Shown: positions 1 to 64,000 of the stretch, one piece after another
Layout of the letters: each line of letters opens with the position of its first letter
Numbering within the stretch: the stretch's first letter is position 1
Assembly: GCA_030141605.1 (NCBI GenBank)
Contig: JAQGDQ010000193.1
Span: 310,001 to 374,000 of the forward strand
Direction of reading: 5' to 3'
Length of the DNA stretch: 64,000 nucleotides
DNA from: Tubiluchus corallicola
Taxonomy: Eukaryota; Animalia; Priapulida
Notes under the pieces: model-generated
The model's input: the letters and a program-made list of their open reading frames with translations, nothing else
Told to the model about the DNA's origin: nothing
Database searches by the model: none
Position numbers and translations under genes: made by a program

Positions 1-65
1 ACTTTCTTAGCATTCTATATTGTTCACAGGGCAAAAAAACTAACTTATCTGGTGTTTGTTTTCAG

Positions 66-31150
<31,085 letters not shown>

Positions 31151-32536
31151 GAAAACTGAAATTATTCAAGCTGCTAATTGAGAACTGAAACACTCCACAA
31201 ACGAGGAAGGTGACGTTATCCCTGTTCATGCTTGCTAATGGTGCATTTAAATCTGTATTGTGAAAGCGTAATAATAATTAAAAAGAGAAATGACACCTAG
31301 CAGTGCAAAGATAATCTAGGGTCTAAAGTAAGGAAGAACTTTGTACAAAAGGAACATGCATAATCACGACAAGTTACACATTTGAAATATTCAAGATGTT
31401 TGCAAATTTGGCTAACAGCAAAATATTGTTCTGCACTAGTGCTTTAAGGTCAAATTTAAATTACCTGTTTTCTTTTAATTAAAACAACATTTCAGTTTAA
31501 TGCTTTTGTGATTTCCTGTTTTTTGCACCATGTTCTAACTCAACTAGTGTCCAGTTATTCGTAACAATGAACTGACCCTTACTGGTGACTGAAAGGTCAT
31601 GGTCATCTGTGGTTTTAATTTTTGGTAGCATTTGACATAAGATGTTAATTTAATGACCTGAGTTTAAAAAAACTGAGGTCACCCACACTGAAATGCCTTA
31701 ATGGTTTCTGTGTGAGAGATGCAACTGAATTACATTAAACAAACATTGTGTTTGTTTATCAAAATAACAACGTGATATCATGGTGACCTGAATAATGATA
31801 GATGTCAAGGTCACAGAAAGTTCATCATTGCGGAACATCTTACAGTAGACAACATTTACTTCTTTTAATCTGAAATGAAAGCCTTCCATCTAAAAATGGT
31901 ATTCCTTTACCCATTCGTAACACATATTACAAGTACTGCAACCTTGTTTATAATGTTGGAAACCTTGAGTCGGCTTGGGAATCTAATGTCACATAAAGTC
32001 GGCATTCCATCCGTATTCCATCGCATTCCAACTTAAATCAGATGGAAATATTGAAGAGACATATTGCAGCGTGAGTTATAATAATTATTCCGAAAAAATA
32101 CTCCTAGAAAATTATTACGTGTCCCTGAATTTCCAAGGTCACGTTTGTTTTCTTAAAAGTGCAGTTCCTTTGCTTCTGTATGACATATTAAAATTTACCA
32201 AACAAATGGCAGAATGCAGACAACCACTGATTATACTTAAACCACCCACCAGCCGAGCTTAATTTTGCAGAATTACTCACTGCCATTGACTAATTTTACA
32301 TTATTATATCTAGCCTTGTACTGTGCTGTGTTGGCCTGAAAATATCAAGTGTCACATTGATTTAGTAGTTGTTCTTGTGGTAAACTGTTATTTCTTCTCG
32401 TAAATGTGAAACAGCTGTTGTATTAAATGTTTCATTTATTATGTACACAAGTATGTAAATAATAAGTAAACTGTTCATTTCTGCTTTTGATCAAATTGCG
32501 CCAGTTTGGTAAATGTATACTGTAACATTTGTTTCT

Positions 32537-32542
32537 AATAAA
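32537..32542 (+). terminator. Candidate Nup205 polyadenylation signal
   Basis: AATAAA followed by a T/GT-rich stretch, ~1.4 kb after the stop codon. Confidence 0.4.
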
Positions 32543-32674
32543 ATTTTTTAGATGACACCTTTTGCGAATTCTTTGTTTTTTGATCGTTAGTGTGCTAATA
32601 GATTGATCGTGTACTTTACATGTTTCTTTCTTGCTATCTTTTCATACTATTCACAGTACTTTCACACCAGAAAG

Positions 32675-33195
32675 CAGTGGCGGCTCGTGTATAGGTACTG
32701 TGGAACTGCAACACCCCTTAGTTTCACTCAATATTATCGATAATATTCAAAGTCTTTTTTCTTTAGTTCTTTCTTTATACTTTTACGGAACCAGAGCATG
32801 CGATAAAGTACTGTTTGCTTCACAACCCAGCACAGTGCGGTTCAAGAACACGGTGTTTGGCTGTTGTGCGCATGTGGCCATGCACACGTATCTGAGCCCA
32901 GGTAGAAAACGTACTGTCGCTCATGCAGTTTATTGGCAGTTGTCACTTGTTTATCGTGAATGAATCAAACGTGAACTGCGACAATTTAGGCTATTAGTAA
33001 GAAAAAATATTTTTTTGTTTAGAATTTTATCAAGTTTTTGTATAAACTTTCCTGTTTGTTTGTTTAAAATTACTATTACAAATTACAACACTAAAATTAC
33101 AGATGTTGTTTGTTTCGCTTTACACAGTATTAAAACAATGGCTAAAAGTTTTCTGAAGCAGCACCCCCAACAATTTTAGCTACAAGCCGCCACTG
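32675..33195. mobile_element. hAT-like MITE with perfect 8-bp TSD
   Basis: TIR CAGTGGCGGCT/AGCCGCCACTG; TSD CCAGAAAG at 32667-32674 and 33196-33203. Confidence 0.85.
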
Positions 33196-33809
33196 CCAGA
33201 AAGACGTATTAGACACTAGATATACTATATATGTAGTAACAAGAGAGGTACTTGTCATTTTCTTGTTTAATTGTAACCAAATATTTTTGGGATTTTTTTT
33301 GCTACAGTCAAAAATGAGCCATGATATTTTTGATGCTGAAATGTGTTGTAGTTGTTGAAATACATTATGCTAATATAAAAACCATAAAAGGCATATTTTG
33401 CAAATCAGCTTTCAGACAGTCCAAGGTGAAGTTTATCATTGATTTGTAAGCCAAGAAAGATGGTCAACGGGTTTTTTATGTATAGGGTAAATGCTCATCA
33501 TTTATTTAAAAAGTTGAAGTTGAATTTTTCAATCAATTTGAAACCAAAGTTAACAGGATAAAATCCGGTCAAAGCCTGGATTTGGACGAGAGAACATTCG
33601 ATCGTTAACATTAATCATAAATTTAAGACTATAGTTCATTCATAGCCTGGGTACATTAATCTGGTAAATAAACGGCCTAAAGTATTCTCTTAGGTTTCAT
33701 GAATATACTTGAAAAATATTAATTTTCATGATGAAAGATATTGCAATGTTCAACTTAATGTTGGAGATTTATTATTTAGGATTTTAATTTCAAGATTTTT
33801 GTTAATAAA

Positions 33810-33875
33810 CTGAGCTAGATTTGAACCGGGAGAGTTTGCTTTACAATGCTGTGACATACAGACCTCTCAGCCACT
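33810..33875 (-). mobile_element. tRNA-derived SINE head (degenerate)
   Basis: Minus strand has A-box-like TGGCTGAGAGG and B-box GGTTCAAATC; no intact cloverleaf seen. Confidence 0.4.
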
Positions 33876-34179
33876 TGCGATTATAACAGGTACTTAATGA
33901 CTTTTAATCACAACCGAAGAACACCTTTTTATGTTATTTTTGTGTAAACTTGCTTTGGAATAAATAAACTAAACTAAACTAAACCTTCTTTCATTCACTT
34001 AGGCCTAATCCATAAAATAGTTATTTTGACTCTAAGTTTCAAGTTGGTATCAAAACAAACGTTTTGCATAAATTGGTATTGACTATAGCACCTACTATAC
34101 ATGTCAGTCAACCTGTGTTTGTGATGCATATGTAAATGTTCGATTTACTGGCAAGCAGCATCATGATCACAGCATTATT

Positions 34180-34545
34180 GTTTCCACGGTGAACAAAACG
34201 ATTGCTTTACCAGTGTTCACGGCGTGTTCATTTACTTTAGCAGTTCTTGGTGCGTTTACCTTGCACATTTACCTTTCCCAGTGGACGCAGCGATAATCAA
34301 TCACGTCGCCATGGCAACCAGGTAGACGGCTCTGCTTACCTGGCTAGCTTGGGCGTAATGGCAGATCTGCGGACGGAAGTGTTTTTATCCGCCGACTTGC
34401 TCATTGGATTCTGCTTTGGTGTTTTTGAGGAGCGGAAGTCTTATAGAGGGTGCACATGTTTTTCTTGCTAGTCCATACGTAGCAAACTGTTTTCGTACGA
34501 GGTAGGTAAGTACTGTAACTGTAGATAGTACTGCACGTGAGTCAC
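34180..34545 (+). promoter_or_regulatory. Promoter / non-coding first exon region of the ROCO gene
   Basis: Locally GC/CpG-richer; X-box GTCGCCATGGCAAC 34305-34318; ETS CGGAAGT 34374 and 34433; inverted CCAAT 34403; E-box CACGTG 34534; donor GTAGGTAAGT 34502-34511. Confidence 0.65.
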
Positions 34546-34921
34546 GACATGTGACACATCTGCTCACTTCATGACTGGTTACCTTGGTTTTCAATTAAAT
34601 AGTTGACATATTTTTATAAAATGATATTATTATTCTTGTCTTGCCTGTGTCTCATGTTAAAAATTTCAATTCAATATTAACAGTGCAAGGGGAATAGCTG
34701 GTTAGTTACTGTGCGCATTTAGCCACATAAGTTAAGCAGTGTGCATTAGTAAATGGTTGGGTGACTGTCAAGAAGATCGTCCATGGCTCTGCTGCTTCCG
34801 GTTAATGGGCTAGGTTAATTCTTGGTAATGTGGTTGGTCCCTGTCTGTCGCAACCATTCGCAGATAGCGACAGACCCTGCGTTTAAATATCATTAAGGAT
34901 GATGCACACATTCAAACATGG

Positions 34922-35442
34922 TTAAAGAAAGGACAAGTCACTTAGCATGTTGGGCTTAGTCTACTGTTATCACTTAAACTTGGAAAAATGTAATAAAGAA
35001 ATTTTGCAAGTTAATAATGCTACCGTTGTGTAGAAATTTTCAGGTGCAGCGGTTGCTGCCATTCACTTGAATATTATGACGTAACTGGTGGACTTCGTGA
35101 CTTTCTGTAAGCACATACTGCTCAAACTAATTCAAACTTCTGCAGCTTATCTAACGTTCATGCAAAAGTATCAAAAAATTAGCCATATGATTTTTTGTAA
35201 AAACTTATTATACTTTAGACAGAAATTGACAGTGTACTGCTTTTCTTCAGTCGATGAACAGCGTCTTTGGTGGTGGAATGGGTGTTCAGAATGGAAGCGC
35301 CCAAGTGCAAAATGATCCCGATTTTATAGTGATTTTACTAGTTACACAAGGTGCTTATTGCACATTTTACTACTAAAACTTCTAACATTTTTGCCAACCA
35401 TTGAAATGAACTTCCTAGAAGGCTTTTCCTTTTTTCCTTTAA
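34922..35442 (+). mobile_element. TTAA-type MITE family B, copy 2
   Basis: TTAAAGAAAGGACAAG ... TTTTCCTTTAA; colinear with 20200-20758. Confidence 0.7.
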
Positions 35443-36732
35443 GAAACCTTGCAGTTTAGTGCCTATTAGAAACCTAACTAGGCTGTTCACCTAGGGTGTC
35501 AAATTTTGAAGGTGCCAGATTTTTGGGGCTCAGTATTAAAACGTTTTTATTCTTCTCAGAAAATGTGTATACTTTCATATTCATATAGAGCACGTACTTT
35601 ATAACACACCATAAGCAGTTACTAAATCTGCTTTTATATAAGTGCCCTGGGGCCATATTAAGCAATAGGCTAACAAGGCTGGAGCCTAGGGCGTCAAAGT
35701 TTGAGGGGCATCACATTTTAGAAAAAATTCTTATTTTCCTTACAAAACACACCACAGGCAGTTACTGAGCACAGTTTTATATAAATGCCGCATAACAAAC
35801 AGGTGCAAGGTATTATAAGTGCTATGCAAATACACGTAATTAATAATGACCACTTAGAAACTAGGATAATAGTGTTTCTAATACATCACAAGTAATTGTT
35901 TAATCTGCTCGTTACATAAATAGCCATAAATTCACAATAGAGATGTGGTGGAACAGAACTATCAGCTTAGGTGCTAGGATGTTGTAAAGTCTTGATATGC
36001 CCCTGTAAGCGCCATATAATAAACAAGTATAATTATGAGATACTACACCACAAGCAGTTGCATAGCCTAGTTCTATATAAGCACTATGCAAATATATGTG
36101 ATTAACAGTAACCATGGAGGTACTTAATAGGTAATAAGGCTGCCACTCTTTAATACACCACAACTAATTGTTTGTGACACTTATATACATAAGTAACTAT
36201 AAATTAATAATAGAGATGGATCGAAACTGAACTAAGTTTAGGGCATCGTAATGTCATGATGTGCACCTGAACTTGCGCTTTACAATACTCTCAACTAAAC
36301 TAACTGATGTCTGCTGCTTTTCACAATTTTGCAGTAGTCTTTTCTTACATACATTTAGACAAGCTGATTTCACCAGAATCTTTATAATTTCCTTGGCTGC
36401 AGATTTTCTGGGAGTTTGCAACAAGTTTGTTACAATAATAACCTGTTTATTGCATGCTTTATCTCTAAGCTGCTGTGTACTAATACCTATGCAGATTATA
36501 TGTATCGCTTATCTCCTTTTAAAGTGCAAAAAATTTGATGGGCATTTAGCTAAGATACAGTATAGCTTGCGTTTCAGAATTATTTTATCCCATAACTGTG
36601 ACAATAAGACATTTATAATTCTTCAAATGATATTAGTAAAAATTGATAAATTGGTTTCATTTTCAGTAGACGATGAAGTTTTGCCTACGTGGATCACTGC
36701 ACTAGCAGATGAGCTTTCTGATGTAAACCAGG

Positions 36733-63704
<26,972 letters not shown>

Positions 63705-64000
63705 GTGTGCAGCTTAACTACGTTTTGTACGAGCTTGCATCTGTGATGTGAATTTTTTCTGATTCAAAAAATGTAATTTTGAATGGTTTCAAACTTTCCT
63801 GTCATCTTTTGAATTTTAACAGTATATCAAGGGTTGTATGGTTGGACTGTTCACTCTTCAATTGTGTAGTCACTGTAGTATGAGCCGAGCAGGCGAAGCT
63901 AAGCAGCCTGTACCTCATAAGTATATGGATAGGTGACAGGGTGAAAATTACATTTGAACGGTTTCATCTACCATTTTGCTTTTGATGATTTATCATCTTT

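Overview
AT-rich, intron-rich eukaryotic DNA from an invertebrate-like animal, carrying two + strand multi-exon genes. (1) 66-31150: the 3' ~1727 codons (33 exons) of nucleoporin Nup205, which starts upstream of the window. It has a U12-type GT-AG intron (28200-28524), a GC-AG intron (5306-5841), a 4x tandemly duplicated in-frame splice acceptor and an ~11x duplicated donor. (2) From a promoter-like region at ~34.2-34.5 kb (RFX X-box, ETS motifs) to past the window end: a kinase-less ROCO-family gene with 20 visible coding exons (1131 codons) and the order Neuralized(NHR)-Roc GTPase-COR-Cys/His cluster-Death domain-TIR. This ROCO switch with a MyD88-like Death-TIR tail is the best candidate for an undescribed signalling system. 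The introns hold many transposons: a young RTE LINE with a 13-bp TSD, a non-autonomous Helitron, hAT/Kolobok-like/Harbinger/Tc1 MITEs, 5S-like SINE relics and mini/microsatellites. All calls come from manual reading and recalled family motifs; no database searches were run.
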